From Planctomycetota bacterium (GTDB lineage: Bacteria > Planctomycetota > UBA8108 > UBA1146), in NCBI GenBank assembly GCA_018694835.1, contig JABHOG010000015.1:108192-172191 (forward strand): a DNA stretch of 64,000 nucleotides. Reading direction: 5' to 3'. The position numbers and the translations under genes are program-made. The notes below the pieces were generated by a model. That model had not been told where the DNA came from. It ran no database searches and worked only from the letters and a program-made list of their open reading frames with translations. Each line of letters starts with the position of its first letter. Position 1 is the stretch's first letter. Of the stretch, positions 1-10,173 are shown one piece after another.

Positions 1-2
1 TC

Positions 3-296
3 ACCATGTCCGGACTGATGATCACGTTGTTCCTCGGGGGCTGGAGTGTGCCGTGGGTCGAAATCCCCACCGATCCCTCGATCTTCGACGTGGCACTCAG
101 CGTCGGTTTCTTCACGGTCAAATTGTTTGCCCTCTTGTTCTTCTACATCTGGACCCGCTGGACGCTTCCGCGATTCCGATACGATCAGTTGATGAGGATC
201 GGCTGGAAGGTCTTCATACCGGTGTCTCTTGCGAACATTGGCCTCACCGCCATTGCCGGCGTGCTGGGTTGGAAATGGCTGATCCCTCTGCCTTAA
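3..296 (+). CDS. nuoH: NADH-quinone oxidoreductase subunit H, C-terminal fragment (gene begins upstream of the window)
   Basis: The frame is open from the window edge. Hydrophobic C-terminus with ...WTLPRFRYDQLM... typical of NuoH/ND1. Followed by nuoI-N in canonical order. Confidence 0.85.
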   Translation, partial: TMSGLMITLFLGGWSVPWVEIPTDPSIFDVALSVGFFTVKLFALLFFYIWTRWTLPRFRYDQLMRIGWKVFIPVSLANIGLTAIAGVLGWKWLIPLP

Positions 297-321
297 CGAG
301 GGTAACTAGAACGGAGTTCTC

Positions 322-807
322 ATGGCAAACCACTCGGATGCCAGCGAGGAAAAGCTAGAACGTAAAACTGCAACCACCGAACCACGGGAGAAGGCGACCT
401 ACGCCGTGCCCGTGGCCAAGGGGTTGATCAATACGCTCAAGCACATCCTTCGAAATGAACCGAACACGATTCACTACCCCGATGAGAAGCGAACTCCATA
501 CCCTGGATACCGTGGAGAGCATCGCCTCAAGAGAGACGAGTTGGGTCGTGAGAAATGCGTGGCTTGCTTCATGTGCTCAACGGCGTGCCCGGCACACTGC
601 ATTGAAATCGTTGCCGAGGAAGCACCCTGGGATGATCGTGAAAAGCGACCCAGGCTCTTCAACATCGACATGATGCGTTGCATCTACTGCGGCATGTGCG
701 AAGAAGCCTGCCCCTGTGATGCCATTGAATTGACTCCTGTTTTCAACATTCCTGCTCGTACTCGTGCAGAAAAGATCTACGACAAGGACAAACTCCTTTC
801 CCTGTGA
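322..807 (+). CDS. nuoI: NADH-quinone oxidoreductase subunit I (2x[4Fe-4S] ferredoxin-type)
   Basis: Two CxxCxxCxxxCP motifs (CVACFMCSTACP and CIYCGMCEEACP). Size and position between nuoH and nuoJ fit. Confidence 0.95.
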   Translation: MANHSDASEEKLERKTATTEPREKATYAVPVAKGLINTLKHILRNEPNTIHYPDEKRTPYPGYRGEHRLKRDELGREKCVACFMCSTACPAHCIEIVAEEAPWDDREKRPRLFNIDMMRCIYCGMCEEACPCDAIELTPVFNIPARTRAEKIYDKDKLLSL

Positions 808-846
808 TTCTTCGAAATCTACGGGATCGAGTGAGGGGACCATCGG

Positions 847-1440
847 ATGAGCCCTGGTATTGAACAGCTGTTTTTCGGAATCGCAGCCGTAGTGGCGACG
901 GTGAGCTCCTTGCTCGTGGTCACCCGGCGCAATCCGATTTACTCGGCGATGTTTCTCATCGTCATGTTCGCAGCAGTTTCAGTGATCTTCATGTTGCTGG
1001 ACGCCACCTTTCTGGGGTTCATGCAACTGCTGGTCTATGCGGGGGCTATCATGGTCCTCTATCTCTTCGTCATCATGTTGATCAATCCGAGAGATGGAGA
1101 CCTCCCCGAAGAGAGTGGAGTCACCGAGAAATCCTTTGCTGCGGGAGTCGCATTACTGATCTTCTCGCTGTTGAGTTTCGCCATCTCCCACTCCAATGAA
1201 GTGGAACGGCTCTCCTCACTGGGACCTATTCCACTGATTCCAGAAGTCAGTGCTTCCCACGGCACCATTCGGGCTTTTGGACTGGAGTTGTTTCAGAAGC
1301 ACCTACTGGTCTTCGAACTGACTTCCGTACTGGTCCTGGCAGGAATCATCGGAGCCGTCCACCTGGCCTCTCGTGGCCGAAAGGATGGGTCCACAGCCCC
1401 CTCAGCAGCTGGAAAAGGGCTGGTGAACACAGATGTTTAG
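847..1440 (+). CDS. nuoJ: NADH-quinone oxidoreductase subunit J
   Basis: 197-aa polytopic membrane protein in the nuoJ position. Its end overlaps the nuoK start by 8 nt. Confidence 0.85.
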   Translation: MSPGIEQLFFGIAAVVATVSSLLVVTRRNPIYSAMFLIVMFAAVSVIFMLLDATFLGFMQLLVYAGAIMVLYLFVIMLINPRDGDLPEESGVTEKSFAAGVALLIFSLLSFAISHSNEVERLSSLGPIPLIPEVSASHGTIRAFGLELFQKHLLVFELTSVLVLAGIIGAVHLASRGRKDGSTAPSAAGKGLVNTDV

Positions 1441-1753
1441 CCTCCCCGCACTACTTTACCTCAGTGCTTTTCTCTTTTCTGTGGGCACCTATGGAGTGCT
1501 GGCGAGGCGCAACATCCTCGTGGTCCTGATGTCACTCGAACTGATGCTCAATGCCGTCAACATCGCACTGGTCTCCTTCGGTCGAGTACATGCTCTGACT
1601 GCATTCGCCGGAGAGCATAGCGGCCAGATCTTCACCTTGATGGTGCTGGCTGTCGCAGCCGCTGAAGCCGCCATTGGCCTCTCCTTGCTACTCGTGATCT
1701 GGCGGCGCTGGAATACGATTGATCTTCGCCAACTTTGCCGGTTGAACGGCTAG
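1433..1753 (+). CDS. nuoK: NADH-quinone oxidoreductase subunit K
   Basis: 106-aa protein with three TM helices. ...SLELMLNAVNI... and ...AAAEAAIGLSLLL... are typical of NuoK/ND4L. Confidence 0.9.
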   Translation: MFSLPALLYLSAFLFSVGTYGVLARRNILVVLMSLELMLNAVNIALVSFGRVHALTAFAGEHSGQIFTLMVLAVAAAEAAIGLSLLLVIWRRWNTIDLRQLCRLNG

Positions 1754-1762
1754 GGGGACCAC

Positions 1763-3763
1763 TTGGACATCAATCTCCTCTGGATACCTTTGCTACCCTT
1801 CCTGGGCTTCCTGATCACCGGGATGCTGGGGAAAAAAATTGGTAACAAGTCCGTCAATGCCATCGCTTGCGGTCTACCGATCCTCTCCTTTGTCATCTCC
1901 TATGCTGCATGGAGTCGACTCGTGTACGAAGGTACAGAGTTGCACTGGAGTGGCTTCCCCTGGATCTGGATCGAGGGACTGGTCGAAATCCCCTTCGCAC
2001 TTCACCTCGACGGCATTGCCGCCGTGATGTGCATGGTGATCACCGGAGTCGGATCACTGATCCACCTCTACTCGATCGGCTACATGAAGGGTGATCCCGG
2101 GTACCACCGCTATTTCGCATACCTCAATCTGTTCACCACATTCATGCTGATCCTGGTCCTCGGCGACAACCTGTTGCTGATGTTCATCGGCTGGGAAGGT
2201 GTCGGACTCTGCTCGTACCTGTTGATCGGATTCTGGTACGAAGAGGACGCCAACTGCGCTGCAGGCAAGAAGGCCTTCATCATGAACCGGGTGGGAGACT
2301 TTGCATTCCTGCTGGGAATCTTCTTGTGCCTCGCTCACTTCGGTTCTCTCGACATGTCGACTCTCACCGATGCTACAGCCATTTCGGCTCTTTCAGCGGA
2401 GACACTGTCGGTACCTCTTCTGGGTTCAGTGAGCGTGATCTCGATGATCGTCCTGCTGCTGTTCATCGGGGCCACCGGCAAGAGCGCGCAGATCCCCCTC
2501 TACGTGTGGCTCCCCGATGCCATGGCGGGGCCGACCCCGGTTTCTGCGTTGATCCACGCCGCCACCATGGTGACCTCGGGAGTATATCTCTGTTGCCGAC
2601 TGATGCCGCTGTTCGAGGCCGCCCCTGCAATCCTCGCAATCATCGCAGGAATCGGGGCGTGTACCGCACTGCTAGCAGCACTGATCGCATTTGGCCAAAA
2701 TGACATCAAGAAGGTTCTGGCCTACTCGACGGTCAGCCAGCTGGGCTACATGTTCTTCGCCATCGGCGTCGGAGCCTTTTCCGCAGCATTCTTCCATGTC
2801 GTCACCCACGCCTTCTTCAAAGCGCTGCTCTTTCTCGGATCCGGGTCGGTGATCCATGCGATGCATCATGAGCAAGACATGCGAAAGATGGGCGGTTTGC
2901 GAAAACAGCTCCCCTTCACTCACTTGACCTTCCTCATCGGAACACTGGCGATCGCTGGAGTCCCCCCCTTGGCGGGCTTCTTCTCCAAGGACGAGATTCT
3001 CTTTGCCGGTTATCAGCAGGGCTTCCTCATGGGCGTCGATTCGGCCGCTCTTTTCTGGGGAATCTCCTTTCTGACTGCCGGAATGACTGCGTTCTACATG
3101 ATTCGCTGCGTGGCGCTGACCTTCTGGGGCGAGAGTCGAGTCGACTCCAGCCTCGAGGGCAAGGTTCATGAACCCGGGGGCTGGATCGGCTTCGCCCTGT
3201 TCATGCTCGCCGTCGCCAGCATCCTCGGAGGATTCCTCAACGTTCCCGAGTTCCTTGGTGGCCACGCAACACTGGGCCACTTCACCGGATTGCACAGTTC
3301 AGCCGCCGCCCATGGTGCTGCCGCCAGCTTCTCGCCAGAGGTTCTTCATGCGGCGGAGTGGAAGAGCATGTTCTTGAGCCTGGCGGTTGCGGGTTCAGGA
3401 TTGCTGCTGGCCTTCTACTGCTACGGCAAAGGGCACTCTCTACGCAAAAGGTTCACCGAGAGTGGAGTGGGCCGCTGGCTCTGCCGACTTTCCCAACGGA
3501 AGTTCTATGTCGACGAGTTCTACGCAACCGTCTTTGTCCGTCCATTTGAAACGATGAGTCACCTGCTCTTCATCCTGATCGATCGAATCCTGATCGACGG
3601 GATCCTGGTCAGTGGCTCAGCACTGCTCACGCGAGGCCTTGGAAACTGGTTCCGCAAGATGCAAACCGGTTTCATTCCCGGTTACCTGCTGACATTTGGC
3701 TGCGGAGTACTACTACTGGTCTACATGATGCTGAGTCTCATCCAGCAAGGAGGAGCACAGTGA
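1763..3763 (+). CDS. nuoL: NADH-quinone oxidoreductase subunit L
   Basis: 666-aa antiporter-like subunit (...FIGWEGVGLCSYLLIGFW..., ...KSAQIPLYVWLPDAMAGPTPVSALIHAATMV...). TTG start preceded by GGGGGA. Confidence 0.95.
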   Translation: MDINLLWIPLLPFLGFLITGMLGKKIGNKSVNAIACGLPILSFVISYAAWSRLVYEGTELHWSGFPWIWIEGLVEIPFALHLDGIAAVMCMVITGVGSLIHLYSIGYMKGDPGYHRYFAYLNLFTTFMLILVLGDNLLLMFIGWEGVGLCSYLLIGFWYEEDANCAAGKKAFIMNRVGDFAFLLGIFLCLAHFGSLDMSTLTDATAISALSAETLSVPLLGSVSVISMIVLLLFIGATGKSAQIPLYVWLPDAMAGPTPVSALIHAATMVTSGVYLCCRLMPLFEAAPAILAIIAGIGACTALLAALIAFGQNDIKKVLAYSTVSQLGYMFFAIGVGAFSAAFFHVVTHAFFKALLFLGSGSVIHAMHHEQDMRKMGGLRKQLPFTHLTFLIGTLAIAGVPPLAGFFSKDEILFAGYQQGFLMGVDSAALFWGISFLTAGMTAFYMIRCVALTFWGESRVDSSLEGKVHEPGGWIGFALFMLAVASILGGFLNVPEFLGGHATLGHFTGLHSSAAAHGAAASFSPEVLHAAEWKSMFLSLAVAGSGLLLAFYCYGKGHSLRKRFTESGVGRWLCRLSQRKFYVDEFYATVFVRPFETMSHLLFILIDRILIDGILVSGSALLTRGLGNWFRKMQTGFIPGYLLTFGCGVLLLVYMMLSLIQQGGAQ

Positions 3764-5259
3764 TTCCCGAACTGCCATCCTTCAACCTTCCAGTTCTCAC
3801 ACTGGTGACCTTGACCCCGGCGATTGGAGCCTTGCTCATATCGCTGGTCGATCGCAATAACAAAGCTTTGTTGCGACAAGGTTCACTGATGATCAGTTGC
3901 CTGACGCTACTCTTTTCCCTATTGATGGTGGGCAACTTCGACAACTCGGTTGGCACCATGCAACTGGAGGAGAGTCACAGCTGGATCGCATCTCTGGGAA
4001 TCAACTACCATCTGGGAGTGGACGGGATCTCCATCCTGCTGGTACTGCTGACCTGTTTCTCGATGCCCCTGGTCTTTCTGAGCACCTGGAAAGCCATCGA
4101 TGATCGGGTCAAGGAGTTCCACATCGCCTTGCTGCTGTTGCAGACCGGCATGGTCGGAGCATTTGTCTCGCTCGACCTGATCCTGTTCTACCTCTTCTAC
4201 GAGGCGATGTTGATACCCATGTATCTCATCATCGGCATCTGGGGAGGGCGAGAAAGAGTCTACGCTGCACTCAAGTTCTTCATCTACACCATGGTCGGTA
4301 GTTTGATGATGTTCCTGGCGATTCTCTACCTCTACCAGCATGCCGGAACCTTTGATCTTCCACTGTTGCTCGAGCGTTTGCGCACCACTCATCTGCTCGA
4401 TGAAAATCAACAGTTCTGGTTGTTCTGCGCCTTCACCCTCTCCTTCGCCATCAAGGTACCACTCTTCCCCTTTCACACCTGGCTTCCAGATGCACACGTG
4501 CAAGCCCCCACAGCGGGCTCAGTGGTACTGGCTGGAGTGCTGCTCAAGATGGGCACCTACGGCTTGCTACGCTTCTCGATCCCGCTGTTCCACGAGGCCG
4601 CTTACAACCTGCAATCACTGATGTGTTGGTTGTCTGTGATCGGAATCATCTTCGGCGCATGCATGGCTTTGGTGCAAACTGACATCAAGAAACTGATCGC
4701 CTATTCCTCGGTGAGCCACCTCGGCTTCGTGGTCTTGGCTTGTTTCATCCCCAATGTCGAAACCATCACCGGTGCGATCCTGCAGATGGTCAATCACGGA
4801 CTCTCCACAGGGATGCTGTTCTTGATGATCGGAATCATCTATGAACGACGTCATACCCGCGAACTGGCCGATTACGGTGGGCTCGCAAAGGTGATTCCGC
4901 TCTTCACCATCTTCTTCCTGATCGCAGTGCTTTCGAGCATCGGGTTACCGGGGCTCAATGGCTTCATCGGAGAGTTCCTCATCCTGTACGGAGTGTTCAA
5001 GGTCTTCCCACTGTGGGGCGTGCTCGCTTCCACCGGAGTGGTCCTTGGGGCCCTGTACATGCTCAACATGGTCAAGAAATTCCTGTTCGGACCTCTGGTC
5101 CATCCCGAGAATCAAAAAGTGGCGGACCTCTCGCCTCGTGAAATCCTCTACCTGCTTCCCTTCGTCGTGATGATGGTCTGGATCGGGCTCTACCCGGCAC
5201 CCTTGATCAACATGGTGAAACCTACCCTGTCCCTGTACGTCGAGATGTTGGAGAGTTAG
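3760..5259 (+). CDS. nuoM: NADH-quinone oxidoreductase subunit M
   Basis: 499-aa antiporter-like subunit (...FAIKVPLFPFHTWLPDAHVQAPTAGSVVLAGVLLKMG...). GTG start after AGGAGGAG, with a GTGA overlap onto the nuoL stop. Confidence 0.95.
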   Translation: MIPELPSFNLPVLTLVTLTPAIGALLISLVDRNNKALLRQGSLMISCLTLLFSLLMVGNFDNSVGTMQLEESHSWIASLGINYHLGVDGISILLVLLTCFSMPLVFLSTWKAIDDRVKEFHIALLLLQTGMVGAFVSLDLILFYLFYEAMLIPMYLIIGIWGGRERVYAALKFFIYTMVGSLMMFLAILYLYQHAGTFDLPLLLERLRTTHLLDENQQFWLFCAFTLSFAIKVPLFPFHTWLPDAHVQAPTAGSVVLAGVLLKMGTYGLLRFSIPLFHEAAYNLQSLMCWLSVIGIIFGACMALVQTDIKKLIAYSSVSHLGFVVLACFIPNVETITGAILQMVNHGLSTGMLFLMIGIIYERRHTRELADYGGLAKVIPLFTIFFLIAVLSSIGLPGLNGFIGEFLILYGVFKVFPLWGVLASTGVVLGALYMLNMVKKFLFGPLVHPENQKVADLSPREILYLLPFVVMMVWIGLYPAPLINMVKPTLSLYVEMLES

Positions 5260-5268
5260 GAGCCCCTG

Positions 5269-6738
5269 ATGGAACTCACCATCTCCGGAGCCGAGATCCT
5301 GGCAATACTGCCGGCAGCAATCCTGGTCGTCACTGGCCTGGTGCAGTTATTCGCTGATCTGGGCCGGTCCGCAGAGGACAAGCACTCGGAAAAGACTCAC
5401 CTGGCGATGATCGGTGTCACCGGATTCTTGCTCGCCTTCGCAGCTCTCTTTGTCCAGGGCAGCGGTGCCTCGGCTGGAGAACTGTACGCAGGAGCGATGA
5501 CCGATGATCTGTTTGGCCGGATGGGTGCAGGAGTGGTCATCATGACCGGACTCTTCAGCACTTTGATGGCGGGTAGTTATCTCGCTAGCAGAGGCAGTAA
5601 CAGTGCCGAGTTCACCGCCCTGATCAGCTTCGGAGCGGGATCGATGGCGCTGCTCTGTCAGGCGACCAACCTGATCTCGATCTTTGTCGCCATCGAAACC
5701 CTGTCGCTGGCCGTCTATGTCATGGCGGGATACTTCAAAGATGAGCGAGCCGCCAGCGAAGGGGCATTCAAATACTTTGTTCTGGGTGCCTTCTCGAGTG
5801 GATTCCTACTACTGGGGATGGCTTTCATTTACGGCGCTACTGGTGGCTCTGTGGCTCTGACAGACATCGCAGCTTCCAATGGCCAGCAGGACACCCTGTT
5901 CAGCGTCGGAACCCTGCTGGTGCTGATCGGCTTCGCCTTCAAGGTCGGTGCGGTGCCCTTTCACTCCTGGGTACCCGATGTCTACCAGGGGGCTCCTGTG
6001 GTGGCGGTCGGTTGGATGGCAGTAGCGGTCAAAGCCTCCAGTCTCTTCTGCCTGTGCCGTTTCCTCCTCTTCACCGGAGGAGGCAATGATCTGGCCCAGT
6101 TGCTGGCCGCCATCTCGGTGGTCACGATTCTGCTGGGGAATCTCGCAGCCCTCAACCAGCAGAGTTTGAAGCGGATGATGGCTTACTCCGGAATCGCACA
6201 CACTGGCTACCTGCTGATCCCGCTGGTGGTCGCATTGTCGGGAGATGGCTCTTCTAGTGCCGCCAGCATTCCCTTCTACATGTTTGCTTACGCCGCCACC
6301 ACCCTGGCAGCGTTCGGTGTACTCGCAGCGATCAGCGTCGGATCTGATCGAGATCAGGTCCACGATCTCGATGGTCTCGCCAAGAACCGCCCGCTGCTGG
6401 CGCTGGGTTTCACGGTGGCGCTACTCTCACTGGCAGGGATCCCGCTCACTGCAGGATTCATTGGCAAGTTGTTAATTCTCAGTAATGCGATTCAACAAGG
6501 ATTCCTTCTGCTCGCTCTGGTGGGAATCATCGGCTCATTGATCAGTGTCTACTATTATCTGCGCCCAGTGGTTTCAATGTGGTTCCGAGAGCCCAAATCC
6601 TCCTTTGAACTGGTGCCCGCCTCCTGGGGCATCACCTTCACGGTCGCGCTCTGTGGATTCGCCACCATCTGCTTCGGGCTCTTTCCCGACTGGCTGATCG
6701 ATCTGTCAAAGCGCTCGGTCGAGGCGATTCTCGGCTGA
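5269..6738 (+). CDS. nuoN: NADH-quinone oxidoreductase subunit N
   Basis: 489-aa antiporter-like subunit (...FKVGAVPFHSWVPDVYQGAP...). AGGAG lies upstream of the ATG. Last gene of the nuo order. Confidence 0.9.
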   Translation: MELTISGAEILAILPAAILVVTGLVQLFADLGRSAEDKHSEKTHLAMIGVTGFLLAFAALFVQGSGASAGELYAGAMTDDLFGRMGAGVVIMTGLFSTLMAGSYLASRGSNSAEFTALISFGAGSMALLCQATNLISIFVAIETLSLAVYVMAGYFKDERAASEGAFKYFVLGAFSSGFLLLGMAFIYGATGGSVALTDIAASNGQQDTLFSVGTLLVLIGFAFKVGAVPFHSWVPDVYQGAPVVAVGWMAVAVKASSLFCLCRFLLFTGGGNDLAQLLAAISVVTILLGNLAALNQQSLKRMMAYSGIAHTGYLLIPLVVALSGDGSSSAASIPFYMFAYAATTLAAFGVLAAISVGSDRDQVHDLDGLAKNRPLLALGFTVALLSLAGIPLTAGFIGKLLILSNAIQQGFLLLALVGIIGSLISVYYYLRPVVSMWFREPKSSFELVPASWGITFTVALCGFATICFGLFPDWLIDLSKRSVEAILG

Positions 6739-6857
6739 TCACCTGTTGACTGGTATCGGCTCTGAGCGCCGCTAGAATGACCGACTGTGCGAGTCCTCTG
6801 CGAGTGCCAGGACCCGCTCTGATCGATCGGTCCAGCAGGCTCGGGGACGGGGGAAAC

Positions 6858-8057
6858 ATGCGTTCAGGATTTATTCTGCTCATCATCGTGCTGGCTGGCT
6901 GGTGGGGATACACCAGCTGGATCAGCGTCGTCCCTGGCAACCAAAGCACGCGGATCCCGGTTGTCGGAGTCGAGACCGACCCTCCCACTGTGGACGGTGG
7001 TGACAGCACGACAGCCGATGTGGAGGATCGCAGTAACCCTGCATCCACTGAGGATGATAGGTACAAGGGGATTCACGCCAACCTGATTGAACAGCTCCGT
7101 GGACAGATCGATGTCGATCCGGATGATGGTACTCGGGTACGCCTGGCCAGAACTCTGCTGGCGTCAGAACACCCCCGTTATGTCGGGGAAGCGTTTGGCA
7201 TCTTGACCAGAATTGAAAAATCAGGCGGAGAACTTTCAGCCACCGCCCGATCGATTCTTCTTCAACAAATCAGCGGTGCCGACCAGGTTCACCTCGCAAA
7301 ACAAATCGTCGCTGAAGGATCACTGGTTCCCGGCTACGGAAAAGCATGCTTGGTGCTGGCAGATTCAATCGGCTTTGATACTGATCCCACAGCAGTGAAG
7401 AGTTGGACCTATCTTTCAGATGCCTACAACAGTTCCGATGAAATCGAGTGGCGCGCTCCCATTCGTCAGAAGCTTCGTAACCTGGTCGATTTCTGGGTGA
7501 TCTCAAGTCGACCCTTTACCGATTCTGGAATCGTGACAGTGGTCAGTGGAGATTCTCTTTCGGCGATCGCCAAGCGCTGCAAGGTTTCGGTCGATTCCCT
7601 GAGAACGCTGAATCAGTTGAAATCAGATGTCATACATCCGGGTCAAAAATTGAAGTTCCTCTCCGGCAATGTCACCGTGGACATCGACAAGAGTGATTTC
7701 TGGCTCGATGTGTTCCTCGATGGCCGCTGGATCCAGGGCTTCGCCATCGGTCATGGCAAGGACAATTGTACGCCAGTAGGATCGTTCCAGGTCGACCTTG
7801 TACAGAAGAAGCCGATGTGGCAGCCGCGCGATGGCCGCCCCCCCATCGCCTATGGAGCCAAGGGAAACCCGCTCGGAGAGAGGTGGATCGGATTCGAGGA
7901 CAAGCCTTCCCATGCCGGAATCGGGATCCACGGTACCAGCGAGCCGGAGAGTATCGGTTCGATGGAGTCAGAGGGTTGTATTCGTCTGCGCAACGAAGAT
8001 GTTGTGGCGACATATCCCTGGCTTCGGGTCGGAACTCAGGTCCAGATCCACGATTGA
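6858..8057 (+). CDS. LysM-domain L,D-transpeptidase (YkuD family), N-terminally membrane-anchored
   Basis: LysM-like segment VVSGDSLSAIAKRCKVSVDSLRTLNQLKSDVIHPGQKLKF. YkuD catalytic motif GIHGTSEPESIGSMESEGCIRLRNEDV. I prefer the ATG at 6858 (MRSGFILLIIVLAGWW, a TM anchor) over the ORF-track start at 6777. Confidence 0.85.
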   Translation: MRSGFILLIIVLAGWWGYTSWISVVPGNQSTRIPVVGVETDPPTVDGGDSTTADVEDRSNPASTEDDRYKGIHANLIEQLRGQIDVDPDDGTRVRLARTLLASEHPRYVGEAFGILTRIEKSGGELSATARSILLQQISGADQVHLAKQIVAEGSLVPGYGKACLVLADSIGFDTDPTAVKSWTYLSDAYNSSDEIEWRAPIRQKLRNLVDFWVISSRPFTDSGIVTVVSGDSLSAIAKRCKVSVDSLRTLNQLKSDVIHPGQKLKFLSGNVTVDIDKSDFWLDVFLDGRWIQGFAIGHGKDNCTPVGSFQVDLVQKKPMWQPRDGRPPIAYGAKGNPLGERWIGFEDKPSHAGIGIHGTSEPESIGSMESEGCIRLRNEDVVATYPWLRVGTQVQIHD

Positions 8058-8078
8058 TCGGGAACTCATGAGTTCTCC

Positions 8079-10139
8079 TCAGGTGCGCAAACGCGCCTGG
8101 AACCGACCTGCGAGTCGTTGCATCAGACCTTCGATCGCCTCGTCCACTTCTTCATGGGTCAGCGATCGATCGGGAGCCCTGAACGCCACCGAGAAGGTGA
8201 CGCTTTTATGCCCCTGAGTCACCTGCTTCCCTCGATAGACATCGAGGAAGGTGAGTCCTTCGAAGTTTGCCATCTCCGCTGCGTCCACTTCGGAGGCGAT
8301 GTCACGCCACAACACCGACTCCTCGACGACGATGTTGAGGTCCCTGCGAACCCCCGGATGGCGTGAGAATTCCCGGTATCGGTGTTTGACCTCGCTATGG
8401 CCGATCAGCGTTCCCAGGTCGAGTTCGCCGCACCAGGTTTCTCCGGTGACTCCATCGAGAGGCGCAGCTCCCACCAGGCCCAGACGTTCGCTGAAGAAGT
8501 CGAGCGCTGCACAACTTCCCCCAGCAAGACCACAGGAGGTGGATACTGGATTCCAGGTCGAAGCACTCCTCGATTCGGTTCCGAGTCTCAGAAGTTCAAG
8601 CACCGCATCGGCGATTCCGCGCACCTGGCGGTACGCCTCCGAGGGGCGACTTCCATCCGCATTGCTGTGGACCCACGCGAGATGAATTTTCTCCACCGGT
8701 CGATCGACTCCTTCACGACGGTGAAAGACTCGAGCCACCTCGAACAATCGCACAGAATCGACTCCATGAAGTCGATTTCCACGGACACAGGAGAGTAGGC
8801 CCGGCAGCAAACTGCGCCGTAGCACTCCTTCATTCGAACGGACCGGGTTTCGGACCACCCACGGGTCTCCGAGACACCACCATTCCTCGAGTTCTCGATG
8901 GTCTCCTTCTGATCCGAAGGAAAAGGTGAGGGATTCATGGTGGCCAGTCCCCTCCAGTAGAGCCTTGACCCGCTCGACCAGCCCTGCATCGCGATCCTCA
9001 GGGACCACTCGTACCGCCATCTGGCGATCGGGCACCCTGTCGAGGCCGTGGATCCGTCCGACTTCCTCGATGAGGTCGATCTCCCGGGTGCAATCAGCAC
9101 GCCATGTAGGAGGCACCCAGAGGCTTCTGGCGTCGTCTCCGCCAGCGTGCTGGAAACCGAGAGCGCTCAGTACACGTGTCAGTTCTGCGGCGGGCACCGA
9201 CTCTCCGAGGATCAGTTCGGTTCGATCGAGGCGGATCGGGACCTCCGCCGGGGGATCCAGCAAGCCGTCTCGCATCGCCTCCCAGCAACCGGAGAGAACC
9301 TTGCAGTCCGTTTCCTGGCACAACAAGTGGAAGAATCGCCGAGATGCAATGTCGGCCGCGTCGATATCGACACGACGCTCGAATCGGTATGAGGAGTCAC
9401 TCGCCAGCCCCAAGCGACGAGAAGTGCTACGCACTGGCACCGGATCGAACCACGCGCTCTCCAGCAGAATCCTTCGGGTGGTCGAACCGACTCCGGTTTC
9501 CAGCCCCCCCATCACTCCCGCCAACGCCACCGCTCGGGAAGCATCGGCGATGACCAGATCTTCCGTGTCGAGGGTGTGATGGGTGCCATCCATCGCGGCG
9601 AAGTCTTCGCCATAACGAGCGCGGCGAATGATCAATTCCTCACCATCGAGTCGGTCCAGGTCAAAGGCGTGTAATGGTTGCCCCAGGTCCATCAGGACGT
9701 AATTGGTCAGATCGACCACCAGATTGATCGACCTCAGGCCGATCGACTCGAGACGCTTCCGCAACCACTGAGGACTCTCTGACACATCGACATCCAGGGC
9801 GACCCTGGCGGTGTAACGACCGCAACGGTCATCATCGTCGACCTCGATGCTGGTGATCTCACTGAGTCCCTTGCCCGTCGAATCCTTGTCCACCTCCGAG
9901 TAGTCGGTCTTCAATGGCTTGAGAGGTTGATCGAGCAGGCATGCCAGTTCCCTGGCCACCCCCCGATGACCCAGATGATCGGGTCGGTTGGATGTGACTT
10001 CCAGTTCGAAGACATGGTCGTCGCCATGAACCTCGATCGCCTCGCAATTGAGTCCACACATCGTCAGTCTGTGCGCCACGTCTTCGACCGGTTGATCGAT
10101 ATCGACATGTTCCCGTAGCCAGTCGAGGGAAACCTTCAT
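8079..10139 (-). CDS. pheT: Phenylalanine-tRNA ligase beta subunit (short form, 686 aa)
   Basis: Begins MKVSLDWLREHV, the typical PheT B1 start. B3/4, B5 and core regions are recognisable, and the C-terminus is an FDX-ACB-like domain (...VYRGKQVTQGHKSVTFSVAFRAPDRSLT...). Lies directly downstream of pheS. Confidence 0.9.
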   Translation of the reverse strand: MKVSLDWLREHVDIDQPVEDVAHRLTMCGLNCEAIEVHGDDHVFELEVTSNRPDHLGHRGVARELACLLDQPLKPLKTDYSEVDKDSTGKGLSEITSIEVDDDDRCGRYTARVALDVDVSESPQWLRKRLESIGLRSINLVVDLTNYVLMDLGQPLHAFDLDRLDGEELIIRRARYGEDFAAMDGTHHTLDTEDLVIADASRAVALAGVMGGLETGVGSTTRRILLESAWFDPVPVRSTSRRLGLASDSSYRFERRVDIDAADIASRRFFHLLCQETDCKVLSGCWEAMRDGLLDPPAEVPIRLDRTELILGESVPAAELTRVLSALGFQHAGGDDARSLWVPPTWRADCTREIDLIEEVGRIHGLDRVPDRQMAVRVVPEDRDAGLVERVKALLEGTGHHESLTFSFGSEGDHRELEEWWCLGDPWVVRNPVRSNEGVLRRSLLPGLLSCVRGNRLHGVDSVRLFEVARVFHRREGVDRPVEKIHLAWVHSNADGSRPSEAYRQVRGIADAVLELLRLGTESRSASTWNPVSTSCGLAGGSCAALDFFSERLGLVGAAPLDGVTGETWCGELDLGTLIGHSEVKHRYREFSRHPGVRRDLNIVVEESVLWRDIASEVDAAEMANFEGLTFLDVYRGKQVTQGHKSVTFSVAFRAPDRSLTHEEVDEAIEGLMQRLAGRFQARLRT

Positions 10140-10173
10140 CTGGACACTCCACTATCAAAAGTATGGTCCACCA

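Noticed and set aside
53-6363. Many long alternative-frame and antisense ORFs inside the nuo genes (for example 53-358 +, 2672-3295 -, 3919-4503 -, 5809-6363 -)
   Set aside because: They lie entirely within strongly supported nuoH-N reading frames. Their compositions are Arg/Pro/Gly/His-rich, typical of shadow ORFs in GC-rich DNA. The same applies to comparable shadow ORFs across the whole track (for example within pheT, the kinase, the LeuS-like gene and the secretins).
6777-6857. Track start of the L,D-transpeptidase ORF at 6777
   Set aside because: The first 27 codons are Pro/Arg/Gly-rich and precede a clean Met-plus-TM anchor (MRSGFILLIIVLAGWW) at 6858. The upstream start begins only 39 nt after nuoN and has no obvious SD.
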